Positions 1 through 12,879 of a stretch of DNA of 63,014 nucleotides are shown here, in pieces. Both the position numbers and the translations under genes were made by a program. The DNA lies in assembly GCF_001194135.2 (NCBI RefSeq), contig NC_068985.1, positions 23,140,130-23,203,143 of the forward strand. Reading direction: 5' to 3'. Within the stretch, counting starts at the first letter, position 1. Every line of letters starts with the position of its first letter. The notes under the pieces were generated by a model. It worked only from the letters and a program-made list of their open reading frames with translations, did not search any database and was not told where the DNA came from. The DNA comes from Octopus bimaculoides (taxonomy: Eukaryota).

Positions 1-43
1 ATATACATACATACATACATACATGCACATATATATATCTATA

Positions 44-79
<36 letters not shown>

Positions 80-93
80 ACATATATATATTA

Positions 94-968
94 CATGGAA
101 AAATGCAAGCAAGAGAAATAATATTCTTAAGATTATAAACTTGGAAAATTACAGGACAAGTTATTACACTTGGAAAAGTTCAGGACAAGTAATCACAACT
201 GGTAAAGTACAGAACAAGAAAATTTTTACCTAAAATATTGCAGCTAAGGATAAAATTTCAAATATAATATTTAGATTTAGAAAATATTAGCTTTCATTAA
301 AACTAAAAATTTTATTACAAGTTATTACTTCTATTTGTTATTGCTTGTTACTTCTATTAAAATTTAAAAAATAACTCAAAATATTTTTTGCCCTTTAAAA
401 AATTCATTTTTTTAATTATGAATTAATAATTAGAAATTTGAAAATTAGGTATAAAAAATAATAATAGTACACAATCAGTCAGTACAATAAATAGAATAAT
501 ACAAAAATTATATATTACAGTAAAATCTACCTATAACAACAAATTCACAATAAAACTTGCTTGAGTTACTGCCTAAGTTATTGCCAAGTCTTCACATTTT
601 TAGTCTTCACCCAATGCCTATTTTTACGTAATGAATTTGCCTACCATATATACTATTCCACTTTGCATAAAATTTTAGCTATATTGGTACTTCTGGATCT
701 CATTTTTTAAGTATTCTAGTGTGTCAATATTTTAACAAAATGATGGTACTTTTTTAATTATAATGTTACTTAATAAATTAAAATCAAATGATTCTTAATC
801 TTCAAATTTTATCCTTAGCTGCAATGTTTGAAGTAAAAATTTTCTTGTTCTGTACTTTACCAGATGTAATAAGTTGTTCTGAACTTTTCCAAGTGTAATG
901 ACTTGTCCTGTAATTTTCCAGGTTTATAATCTTAAGAATATTATTTCTCTTGCTTGCATTTTTCCATG
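94..968. mobile_element. Foldback/MITE with ~170-bp terminal inverted repeats
   Basis: About 91-262 is the reverse complement of about 800-972 (catggaaaaatgcaagcaagagaaataatattcttaagattataaac...). TA on both flanks. Three ~29-bp subrepeats in each arm. Confidence 0.8.
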
Positions 969-2046
969 TAATCCATGTTTTTTCCAGGTTATGCTTTTAT
1001 GCTAATTAATAATGTGTCAAATGTGTTAATTAGCGGTGTCATTGATAATTTTTTCCTTACCTCAATGACACCAGTAACATATATTAAAAGTCCCTTTATA
1101 GAAACTATATTCATAAAAAGTATAGAGCTACATTATCACCCTCAAATTTAAGAAACAAACACTCGTAACTTTTTTCTTTTAAAACTTCATTGCATGAGAT
1201 TGAGACCATGAAATTCCTAAAATTGAGCTCTATAATTTAAGTTTAATTAAAATGTAGTTTGTTTTTAAAATAAAAAAGTTAATTATACTTAAATCCAATT
1301 TTTTGTCTTACTTATATTTTTTTCATGATATTTTACCTCACAACTTTTTTGATACAAATTTTTGTTGCATGGGAACAAAACTATGATATTCTACAAGCTT
1401 TCTTCTATCACTCAAGCTAAGATGAATATATTTTGCTTTTAAGATGAAAAAATTATTTAGATCTAAACTTGATTGGAGACATTATTTACTCTCCTATAAC
1501 GTTGCTACAAATTTTGATGTAAACTTTTTCTACTGGATCAAATCTCAATTTTTTATGCCAAAATGTAGTCAGGAACCAGTCCTCTTCAAAAATGTTAACA
1601 GTTTTCAATTTGGTTAAGAACTGAATTAGCAAACGCTCTGAAGATGCTGTGTGTGTGGCCTTAAGAATATTATTCAATTATATATAATACATATATATAT
1701 AATATTATATATTTAATATACATATTGTCCATATAATGTGCACACATACACACACAAAATTATATCTCCTCTTACCTATTTGTAACTTCCTTATATTATC
1801 AGCTAATGAAATTTCTTCATCCAGTTCTGTTTTTCCATTTTGTATCAAATGTTGATGCCTTCAAATCTTAGTAATTTCTTAACTCCTTTGTAGTCAGTAT
1901 AATATCATTATGTTACACATTCATCAAATCGTTTTCATTTCAATTTTGATCTTACTGTTCACATGTCATCAACAGTGTTTTTTAGAGGTACAACTGAAAA
2001 ATGTTTGCATTATAAGTAAAGTCATGCCTCCAAAAATTAAACTTAC

Positions 2047-2143
2047 CTATACCATGCCGACGGAACTCATCAACCACACCTAAGCTAAGAATATATGCCA
2101 CTTGACAGCTTGTAGGGTAGTGTGTAGCTAAAATATCAGCATC
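2047..2143 (-). CDS. NAA60: NAA60 third coding exon (DADILATHYPTSCQVAYILSLGVVDEFRRHGI-G), 97 nt
   Basis: Lies inside ORF 1982..2236. Acceptor tttatttgttcttgaag| and donor ATAG|GTAAGT. Contains the GNAT acetyl-CoA motif RxxGxG (RRHGIG) and the Tyr equivalent to human Y97. Confidence 0.97.
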
Positions 2144-2354
2144 CTTCAAGAACAAATAAACATTTTTTAAGTGCAATGAAAAAAATTTAACATTAATGAA
2201 ACTTTTTTTTTCTTGAAACATGAAAAAAATCATCAAATAAAGGAGATTTTTTAATACTTTCTGGAGTTGTTTTTGAAACTTACAAGAACAAATCAGAGGT
2301 GGAAGGTATTTTGGATTGATATATTAGTGTGAAAACAGATGTCATTGTTATCAT

Positions 2355-2800
2355 CATCATCATCATTCAACGTCTGCTTTCCATGCTGACATGGGTTGGA
2401 TGGTTTAACTGAAAACTAGTGATCTGGGGAACTGCAACAAGTTTCAATCTGATTTGAAAAGGTTTCTACAGTTAGATGCCCTTCCTAAGGCCCACCACTC
2501 CAAGAGTGTAGTGGGTGCTTTTTACCTTACACTAGCACAGGTGCCAGTTATGCTAAAGGTCTAGGTCACTTGTCACTGTCTCTGTGAGGTCCAATGTTTG
2601 AAGGGTGCTTTTTACGTGCCATTGGCATGGGTGCCAGTTACATAACACTGACATTGGTCACATCTATGATTTCACTTGGCTTGATGGGTCTTCTCAAGCA
2701 CGGCCTATCACTCAGTGTTCGAAGGGTGCTTTTTACATGCTACCGGCATGGTTGCCAATTACACAACAATGGTATCAGCCATGATTACGATTTTGATGAA
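2355..2800 (-). mobile_element. RTE LINE 3' UTR/tail fragment ((GAT)n tail)
   Basis: catcatcattcaacgtctgctttccatgc...gatgcccttcct...ccactc motif shared with more than 10 copies in the window. Confidence 0.75.
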
Positions 2801-2949
2801 AAGTATGTATGTGATGATAATGGTAAACTTGCCATCATGGACACCGAGAAAAAAGAGACACGGACATGTTACTATGAGAGGTTACTAAATGAGAAGTATT
2901 CATGGGAAGGAATGAGAGACAACTTCAAATAGACCCAGTGGAGGAACCA

Positions 2950-4440
2950 GGCATTGATATCGACAGTTATATTACCAAAAGGGCCTTTAAGGATATGAAG
3001 TGAAGGAAAACATCTGCACCATTGGTGATAGTTGTTGGGATACTGAAAATATTAGGTGAAGTAGGACATGTTAGTTACTCATATAATTGATCGGGTAGAA
3101 CAGGAAAATGTCATCTCAAAAATTTGGCATAGCATTATCATCAGTGATTACAAGAACAAAGGAGTTGCTTTGGAAAGGTTCAAGTATAGAGGCAACCAAT
3201 TAATGGATGAAATTATGAAAGTAATAGAGTTATTGCACAGCTAATTAACCTAAATGAAATGTGGTTTGGCTTTGTTTCAGGAAGAGAAATCACCAATAAC
3301 CTCTTCCTAATGATGCAACAGCAAGAGTTCTAAGTCACGAGCAAGCCATTAGTACCTAGCATTCACTGACCAGGAGAAGGTGCAATACAGGATACCATAT
3401 TCTGCACTGGGGTGTTTACCAAGAAAACTGGGTGTAAATTAATGTCTTATGAGGGGTGTTGCCATCAATGTGAACTAGTAATGAGTTCAGTAAGGAATTA
3501 AGAATGCAGGTAGGCCATGGCTTTGTTCCTAGCACGCTCCTGTTTGTTATAATCTTCCAAGTCATAACAGAGGAGTTCAAGTCTAACTGTCCACAGAAAC
3601 TCTCATATGCCAGTAACCTAGTACTCCTAGGTGAATGAAGAAAAGTTCCAAACACAGAAGCAAGCCCTAGAATCAAGAGGTCTAAAAACAAACCTAGCAC
3701 AGGCAAAATTTCTTAACAAGAACAAATACAGAACTAAATTGCCATCTCAGAAGTGGGTCAGCTCAATATTTAGAGAAGGTTTTGATATGAAATTTAAACA
3801 GGCTGACGGAGAAGAAAGCTTTCACATGCAGCAGATTCTCAATAGAGTGGTTAGTAATGAGAGCACTAATCAAATATATTCTTTCAAATGCCTGCAGGAC
3901 TCTCTAGAAATAATTGATAGCTTTTACTATCTAGATTACCTATTACCAGTGGAGGAGGGTGTTCCAAAAGCATCATAAGCATAATGGAGAGAAAAAGATC
4001 AGAGAGCAATTGCCACTGTCGGTGACAAAGGGATTCTCTCTCTCTCTCTCTCTGATTAAAGAGAAGATTTTATGATGCCTATTTATGAAGTGAGATGCTG
4101 CATAGTGAAACATAGACACTTTCTATGATGATTATGCTCTGATGAATGTGTTAAGTTAGCTTGCGTGAACAAAGGAGCACAGGAGCTGAGAGAAAAAAGA
4201 ATCAGATGTAATGTGCAAAATAAAAGGCTGTACTGGTTTGGACATGCTGCATGTATGGTAAATGATAATTGGATATTGAAGTTCCAACGAATCTAAGTAG
4301 AAGGAGCCTGTATAAGAGGCAAACCAAAGAAGACATTGGAGGAAGTGATGAAATCTGATCTAAAGAGTAATGAACCTTACAAAGGAGATGGTAAGGGACC
4401 ACAACAAGTGGTAGGACACTGATGAAGAAGATTTTGTGCA
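2950..4440 (+). mobile_element. Decayed RTE-clade LINE reverse transcriptase
   Basis: Frameshifted pieces: YKNKGVALERFKYRGNQLMDEIMKVIE, LNEMWFGFVSGRE, YLAFTDQEK, RIRCNVQNKRLYWFGHAA, RGKPKKTLEEVMKSDL. Confidence 0.8.
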
Positions 4441-5415
4441 ACTTATGCAAGCACAGATAAACAGACATAAAATGATAATGATTTGGCTTCGTATTACATT
4501 CTTTTCTCTGAACTCTGAGTTTTGAAGTTTAAGTTTGATGCCAACTGTATTCCAGTTACACATTCATAATAGTGTTATTTGAATGTGTTTTATAGTTAAT
4601 TTATAACTAGGTTTGTTGTACATTAAAACTTCCTTCAATATTCCTCTTTGATGTATTTCATCCATAGGGCTTCAGGGTTAAGTTTTCACATCTCAAATAG
4701 CATCTGCATTCTGCTTAGAGAAATTTTATATTCCAGTTTTTCTGTATTCTTATAACCTGTACCCTCTATACATTCGAATCATAGGCTTGTACCTTTTTAA
4801 AAACATTCAGTATCACCATTGCCACCACTACTACAACTATTACATTTTTCTTAAGTAAGAAGTGTTTGTTCTTCGCCAGTATATATTTAATGTCAAATAG
4901 TAACAGAGAAAATAACCTGAAACAATGAATTATTTTATATTGTCAAAGTAAAACTGAGCAATCTGATTTTACAGACATTCATAATAACACAGATCTCAAA
5001 TGTGAGCACTTCCTGTCTGTTACACGAACATATTCAATCTATATATTTGTTCAGACAAGTTTGAAAGGCTGTGTCTCTTCATAATTCCAGTCATCATCAT
5101 TTCATACATCTGCTTTCAATGCTGGAAGTAGTTGGGTGATTGTGTTTATGCCTAGAAATATATTTAAGAATGTATTTGCATGAACAAATTAGTCAGCAAA
5201 ATATTCAATTGAATTAGAATAAGGGCATAACATTAATGTTAGTTTTGTTTCTTGGTCATGAAAACATGAGAATAAAATAAAAGTGCATGAAGTGAGGTTG
5301 ATGTTGTTTAGTAACCAATTTTATAGAAAAATTTTTGTTTTCTTTTGCCCAAAATCATAGATTGTTGACAAAGATACAAATCTGCATATAATATATATAT
5401 GTATGTAACTAGTTA

Positions 5416-5481
<66 letters not shown>

Positions 5482-5699
5482 GTTTGTAGTTATGCAGAAA
5501 GAATTGCAAGAAAATTCAATAAAACATTTTAATGTTCACTGTAAGTCTCACAAAATAAGATTTTATTTTTGAACCATAAATGGATATTTGAGAAGATAAA
5601 AGCATCTGAAATTAAAAGCAATAAATTTAAGTGGACTAAGAGAAAGACAACAGTTGTGAATGCCATTGATTTCTTTCTTATTTTAACATGATTTTAGTG

Positions 5700-6110
5700 T
5701 CAGACAAAATGCCTCATGCCATTAAATTATAGTACTTTACATTCTGAGTTCAAATCCAGTCAAAGTCAACTTCACATTTCATTCTTCTAGAGTCAATAAA
5801 ATAAAATACCAGTCAAGAAGCAGAGTCATTACAACTGACTGTTCTCTCCACTCAAATTCCTGGCCTTGTGCCTATGTAAGAAGTTATCATAACAGTGACT
5901 TGGTAGAATAGTTAGAACAATGAATAAAAGGCCATGTGGCATTTCCTCTGGTTCATTACTTTATGAGTTCAAATTCTGTCAAGATAAACATAACATTTCA
6001 TCCTTCCAGAGTTAATAAAATTAGGTACTGTAGTCAATATAATTGACTTACACTTTTCAAAACTGTAGGCCTTGTGCCTAAATAACAACAACAACAACAA
6101 TAATAATAAT
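5700..6110 (+). mobile_element. Two head-to-tail tRNA-derived SINEs (family C, AAT/TTA tail)
   Basis: B-box-like gagttcaaat, then the core (c)ctttcatccttccagagt(t/c)aataaa...gtac and the end ggccttgtgcct. Confidence 0.7.
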
Positions 6111-6115
6111 AGTAA

Positions 6116-6390
6116 TATTGGGTTGTCCAGAAAGTTCGTGCCAATTTTCAAGGGAAAGAAAAAGGTCAATAAATACTTGCCATTACATTTTTAATCAACC
6201 AAATATGAACCATTTTGTTGCACAATGCGTCTCCATCTTTCCTTTAACTTGAAAATATCCTCGTCTCAGAATTGAGGTGGTTTCGTGGCAAAGAATTCAT
6301 CAAGGTATCTTTTTACGTCATCCAAGAAATTGAAATTTTTACCATTAAGACTATTCTGCAGAGACCTGAATAAGTGGAAATCCGGTTCTT
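6116..6390 (-). mobile_element. Mariner transposon 3' end (transposase C-terminus plus TIR)
   Basis: Minus strand reads PDFHLFRSLQNSLNGKNFNFLDDVKRYLDEFFATKPPQF*DEDIFKLKERWRRIVQQNGSYLVD*. TA followed by ttgggttgtccagaaagttcgtgcc forms the terminus. Confidence 0.88.
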
Positions 6391-7389
6391 CTCACTCAAC
6401 TCATGTGGTACCCAAAGTGAGTCAATAGAATCATTAAAGCAGCAGAAAAAAATGCTTTGTGTACCAGGGTTAACTTTGCTTTTCATCCTTCAAGGGTTGA
6501 TGAAATAAAGTACCAGTCAAGTACAGGGATTGATAATATCAACCACGTGGTTGGGAAGCAAACTTTTAAACCACACAGCTATGTCCGCAACCTGGACGTA
6601 TATGCTGACACACACACACACACACACACACATAGAGTAAATACTGAATAGTAAAGACAATGTAAAATATCTTATTAAAGTTGTTGAAATAGAAACACAT
6701 CTGGAATATATTTCTCCATGAAACTCTTAGCAAAAAGATAAACCACAAATAAAAAAGAATTCAAAGGTAACTACCACAGAAATAATGAAAATTTCACAAA
6801 GAAGATATATAAAATAAGAACACTTGGAAATAAAGTCAGACATTTTATTCTTAAGTAGAAGACACATAAGCTAATGTTCAGTTTTTGATATTTCAAAAAG
6901 GTCAAAGCTGTGGTATGTTCTAATTTTGTTTGGTGTATGTATTTGTATTTTTGGTTACTTTTCTTCACATGAAGAAGGACAAAGCAATTATCAACAATTT
7001 CATTCTATAACAACTGATTATATATATATATATCACATATAATTGCCAACTTTCATCTATTAATGGTTGTCTCTAACTTAGATTTGTCTTATTATATAAA
7101 TAAAATTATGTAATTTATGCTTTTTTATAACAGTCTATTTAAATATCTCCTGTTTCAAGCCCAATCTCTAACATTTGAAAAAGAACATGCAAGACTAAAT
7201 TTGTGTTACAATGTTCCAACTCAAGTAATTTAAGCTACAAAGTCCAACTCAAGTAATGATTATAGTTTTTTTAAATCTAGATAGGTTTGACTGACATATT
7301 TTATATTATTCTGATCATAGTAATGAATGATTGAGCCATAGCTAATAAATAGGTCAATTTCAACTGATTCTACTCTTCTACTTTGAATG

Positions 7390-8172
7390 TTAAAAGTTAG
7401 GTACAGAAGTATAATGTATGAGGAAACTACATTATATTTTCCTGGCTGAGATTTGAAACCAAATCTCAGAATTCTCGCTCGCCAGACCCACCTGCTATTT
7501 GCTGACCATGTGGGAAAATTTCTTTGTCCTGCCAAAGTAAGCAATGAGTTTCCACTCAACCTCTGACCTAGCTGTGTCACAGAAAGTTCAAATAGACAGC
7601 AAGTGACCTAAATGAATATAAGCTTCTCTTAGAATGGTATGTCCATCCTTCTAGCTAGAATGGGTGATTATAAATACCAGCTCCGTAGGCAGACACGGAC
7701 AGAGTGAGACGAGGGAGATCCAACAGAGCAACAAGGTAGAGAGACAACACAGCAGAAGCAATGGGTGAATGCACACACAGACGCAAAGTATGTCTTTGTA
7801 CTGTCTCATCCCACCAACTGTCTCGTCCCATCAACTGTCTCATCCCATCGACTGTCTTGTCCCATCTTTCCTCCGTTTTACTTTGCACATTTCTCTTTGT
7901 ACACAACTTTGCTGACTCAAAGTAGTTGGCTGCATTATGTAGCGGCATATTTGTTCATATTTCAAATCAAGCTTTCAGTATCCAACAAGTGAATGCATCT
8001 ATGACCAAATAAATAATGTAAACTACATTCCTATTCTCTTTTCATTGTTTTTCATCGATATCAGTCTAACATGCCTAACATCATCTGCTACACCTGACAA
8101 CTTACATTGATCCTTCACCATTACATTCTGCTACATATATATTCAAACATTAAAAGTTAGGTATAGAAGTAT
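7390..8172 (+). mobile_element. Unclassified insert flanked by 23-bp direct repeats, solo-LTR-like interior
   Basis: ttaaaagttaggta(c/t)agaagtat at 7390-7412 and 8150-8172. Interior has a TATAAATA, an AATAAA, 4 x 17-bp tandem units (7800-7867) and raised GC. Confidence 0.45.
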
Positions 8173-8764
8173 GTCAGAGTGACTATAGTATTGAACTATT
8201 AGTACATGTGATTTAAGTTCATATCCATTGCAATTATTTCAACAAGTATTTGCTTATTATGCTTGATACTCAGAGTCTAATTTTTGCCAAGCAGTAAGAA
8301 TAGGTTTCAGCTCACTAGATATGTTGCCTGAAATAAACTAGTCTTTTAATATCAAATTCTAAATATCATGTTTACTTTTACTCAAGAAAGTTTTATTTGT
8401 AAAACTGAGACGGTATTTTTAAAGCTTTGTCATATGATTATATACCATGCTACATTGTTTCTTTGACTGTATTCACAATAATTTATTTAAGTAGTGTGGA
8501 TTTTTACATTACTGTTATGCATTTTAGTAGTCAAGCTGTCAGTTAAAAGTTATGTCACTTTTACATATTTGACTACTTGAACTCCTGTAGTAACTATATT
8601 TCACCAGCCTTTCATTGCAATCAACAAGCTTCAATAAACTCGGGATATTTAATTGAAAGACGTTTTTCCTCCTCTACAATAAAAGTTACAGAAACACAAA
8701 TGCCCGACAAACTCACTTTGAATTGTCTAGCCGAATAACTTATTGAAATAAAAAAAAAAAAATG

Positions 8765-9280
8765 GGATCTATTTTAAAACGGGGGCCACATTTTTCATTA
8801 ATGTTTTACGTAGTGTTTTTGGTACAGAAAGACTTTCAAACTTCATATACTTATCTATTTTGTGTTATAGAACAGAAAAATATTTTTGTATTCAAATTTA
8901 TTTCATGTAAAAACTTGTCTTATTTCGATAATTTCAACCAATCACTGACAAGTATTCAGTTCTTTACATTTACTCCTTTGGCTGATTAAGCGATGTAAAG
9001 CGTATTTAATCTCCATACCTTCGTTTTATTTGCTTTTTTCATTTTAAATTTGCTTTAACCCTTATGTAGTCGGCACTTAATGTATATCGGCTGAATGGAC
9101 GTCAGTGATTGGTTGAGATTACAGAAATACGACAACTTTAACATGGAATAACTTATGGATTTCTTTTTTTTTTAAGAAGACTAAGAGAAAAAGATGTTTT
9201 ATATGACACATTCTACCAGTGTTCCAAGTTTCAAAGTGTTTCGTTAATGAAAAATGTGGCCCCCGTTTTAAAAAAGATCC
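8765..9280. mobile_element. MITE with long imperfect TIRs and 8-bp TSD (hAT or Mutator type)
   Basis: ggatctattttaaaacgggggccacatttttcattaa and its reverse complement at 9244-9280. aaaaaatg duplicated at 8757-8764 and 9281-9288. Inner arms also pair (caaccaatcactgac / gtcagtgattggttg). Confidence 0.88.
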
Positions 9281-9307
9281 AAAAAATGAAACATGAAACA
9301 AACTCAC

Positions 9308-9437
9308 CTCTCTGTTAAGCTTTGTTTTGGATTTGACCTCAGCAACAATGAGGCCAATAATCCTTGAATAATATGTAGCAGCAAGAGAGTAGAATTTGGC
9401 ATTGGACGTGATGTCCTGGTACCAAGAATCTGGATAT
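9308..9437 (-). CDS. NAA60: NAA60 second coding exon (YPDSWYQDITSNAKFYSLAATYYSRIIGLIVAEVKSKTKLNRE), 130 nt
   Basis: Acceptor ttcttctctttcag| and donor GAG|GTGAGT. Translation matches human YPDSWYRDITSNKKFFSLAATYRGAIVGMIVAEIK. Phases join both neighbouring exons. Not in the ORF track. Confidence 0.97.
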
Positions 9438-11529
9438 CTGAAAGAGAAGAAATAAAATTAAGAATCTTTGGGTAGTGTGGATATATTAGAGGAGAAAGAG
9501 AAAAATTAAGAATTCTTGAGTGGCATAAATAAATTAGATAAGCTTTCTGAGTTGATATTTGGGTGATAAAGAATGGATAAGGAATATCATAATAGATTTA
9601 GGTTTAACAGCAGAAGATATAACCAAAATGGCACCAGCTAAAGAATTAGACATTCTGTGTATAAATACCATTATTGCAAAAATTATGCAGATGATGATTA
9701 TGAGAATGTGATAATTGTGAGACTAAATCACAAATATCATATCATTCAATATCTAACTCAATTCTAGCTTTATTACACTTCAAAAATCAATACACAATTA
9801 ATGAATTAGCCAACATGCACACACTCACTGAATGGAGATTTTCCTTGCAAAGGGAATCCCATCACAACCATCACTCATTATACTAATAGCAATAGTTTAA
9901 ACCAACAAAATTATTCCTCTCTCGAAAATTAAATTAACCATAGTCATAAAAAGTCATTTCTCTATGAATTCTCATTTTCATTTAACATTTCTTTTTCCAA
10001 GTTGTTCAAGAAAGGATGCATTGGAATGGTTTCCTATTGCCTTATCCAGTTATGTGGGAAGTTTTGAACTTAGACTTGCCAGTAAACTCTTTTAATACCA
10101 ATCCACCTGAGACTACTCTGGTTCCATGTTTTAAAACCTGTTCATATTTAAGTTGAAAACTTCCATCATAATTTTATATAAGAAACTTTTGTTGAAATAT
10201 ATTCCAAACATCATTTTAATAAAAAAGTTAATTATCTCACTGGACTTCTCCAAATTCTTCGTTGTTTTTAGAATTAAATGAGACACAGGCAGTGTATATA
10301 TTTCATTTATTAACATTTATTGTATTGTATAATATATAATTAGTACATAATTGCTATATAGTTATACATTGCCTTTGCTGCTTAAGGAAGTTAATTGTTC
10401 TCTCCTGTGACATTTCATACACTTTACAACAGTGTGAACTGAATTGTGAAGAGTTAAATATTATTTCCAGTTTTGGAGTACAGCTGTGTAGATGGATAAC
10501 AAACAATAAACCTGACCCTACACCTGCCAACTGAACAAGACAACTGCTATTTAGTTATACATTGACATTGCTGTTTAAAGCATTGCATTTTATCTCTTGT
10601 AACACCATTAAACTATTTATGACTATGGTAATGAGTAATAAACAGTCAATCATTAGGTTGATGAGATGAGACCCTAATAAGTCTTCTGAACAATAGTTTC
10701 TTTAAGAATAAAGAAAATCTGTACACAAAAACATGTATTTTAATTAGCAGTTTACACTATGTTACAAAATCAGAAAATCAATGAGAAATGCAATCTTGAA
10801 TGCTTGTGTTTAAGACAGTCAGCAAACAAACAGACAATGCTTGTTTTGATTTGTTTTATAAATATTTGTCTATGGCAGCATAGATTTGATTGCTCTGTAA
10901 ATTTTGGATATCTATATTGGAGGTGTTTTTCTTACAGCTGGATGCTCATTCTAATAAAATTTTACCAATAATAGCCATTTTTCAATTAAGTAGAAAATTG
11001 TTTTATATATATATTTCAGGATGGTCACTTTTTTTTTTTTCAAGTCAATGCATATATAACTTTTTGTTTATACTCACAATAGAATGCCTTAATTCATCTA
11101 ACACTTTCTTAGAAGATAAGACTTATTGTAACATTAATACTGTTATAATTTCAATGTAAGGAGTCTAATACACTGTGAGAAGTAACTCCGAGTAAGAGAC
11201 TGTCAATAGTCATCATAGTAGTGCTGACTGCAGCAATATTGATGATGATAATGACAAATGGAGAAAAAGAGTGAGGGGGGAGAGAGAGGGAGGTGGTGAT
11301 GTTTGTTGTTGTTGTAGTTATTTGAGTTACTGGTGGTGGTAGTGTGGCTGTCACTACCATTACCAAAACTACCAATATCTTTTTACAATATCATTTATAG
11401 TCATAAAGTTATCTCATTAGCATTAAATAAAATTTGAAATAAACCCTTAAATATCTTAACACAACAATGATTTCAAGCATAATATGGCAAATCATTATAG
11501 CAACAAAACTGAGAATTTACTTTACTTAA

Positions 11530-11751
11530 CCCATTTGTTACCATATTTCTGTTGGAATGCTCTATGTTTCTTTCAATTAATTTTAAATATAACAAAGAAT
11601 TTATTAAAATAACCTAGTTATCATTAAGCTAGTGTTAGGGACATAAATTGTGACCAAGGTTTGGTGGAAGATTTTAATTCAGAACTTTTGAAAACAAGAC
11701 ATTTGTACTACAAAGCCAGAGGCAGTTTCAGGAGGGTTAGTAATGAAAGGG
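11530..11751. mobile_element. piggyBac-like MITE (TTAA TSD)
   Basis: ttaa|cccatttg...gaaaggg|ttaa. Homologous copies at 32470-32687 and 39392-39650. Confidence 0.8.
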
Positions 11752-11924
11752 TTAAGACATATTCACATTTTTAGCATAAAATAAGAAACTAGTTAAGCTT
11801 TTATAAAATTAAGTAAAATAATTATTACTGAATCAATTTTATTTTTACTATACACAGCCAAATACCTTGGAAAAATTAGCTGGTATTCAAATTTTAAAAA
11901 AATGGTATGTAAAAGGTACCCATG

Positions 11925-12093
11925 TAAGTGACACATATAAGGCATCCACTACACTCTTGGAGTGGTTGGTGTTAGGAAGGGCATTCAGCTGTAGAAGCCA
12001 AGCCAAAATCAGATTGGAGGGTGGTATAGCTCTCTGGCTTACCAGTTCCAGTCAAACCATCTAACCCATGCTAGCATGGAAAATGGACACTAA

Positions 12094-12125
<32 letters not shown>
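11925..12125 (+). mobile_element. RTE 3' tail copy with (GAT)n tail
   Basis: cactacactcttggagtggttggtgttaggaagggcattcagctgtagaa...catgctagcatggaaaatggacactaaa(tga)n. Confidence 0.8.
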
Positions 12126-12679
12126 AAACTGTAACATGCTAAATATATTATAGCATAGATGTATTCATAAATTTCATAGTGATGATAAATAATTCATATT
12201 TTCTACGGAAGTAGTTGTAATAGCAATAAAGATACAAGAGCAAATAAATTATTTTTATTTTTTATGGAACTAAAAAGATATTATTATATTATTATATACT
12301 TTTAAAACTGTCCTATGGTTTAATGCATGTGAAAACTGAACCTGAACATTCAAAAAATAACTTACATTTTGTAACAGCTATTTGCTTATTGTTGGTAGTG
12401 GTGACATTTGTTTCTTTCTTTGGTGGAATAGTGGTGATAGTGGAGTGGTGTACAGGCGGATGTTTGTTGTAAGAAGTTATAGTAGCAGAGGAAGAGGCAG
12501 AGACACAGTTCTCTACTTATGAATTATTTTTTTAAATATTAATTATAATGATTTTATAGTGAAAATGAATAAGTCATGTTTTCTATAGAATGTCCTCTAG
12601 TTCAACAAGTAAGACAGAAAAGTACATATAACCATAGCTGTGTAGTCGATTTTTGGTTCACTCTTACAGCATGGCAACT

Positions 12680-12819
12680 AGAAGAATGGTGGTATTTGAA
12701 TTCACTTAAACCCAGAAGAAATACCACAAAGCATTTTCCCTGTCATACTAACAATTTTGCCAGCTTGCTGCCTTCTTATTATTAATAATAATGATGATTT
12801 CAAATTTTGGCACAAAGTC

Positions 12820-12879
<60 letters not shown>

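Noticed and set aside
1486-1677. ORF as NAA60 exon 4
   Set aside because: No resemblance to the expected CKAIYLHVL...FY region and no matching splice signals.
1982-2236. 84-aa ORF as a complete gene
   Set aside because: Only 2047-2143 is exon. The flanks are intronic read-through past clear splice sites.
7800-7867. 17-bp repeats (and 24-bp repeats at 52719-52786) as CRISPR arrays
   Set aside because: Contiguous units with no spacers, no cas genes, eukaryotic context.
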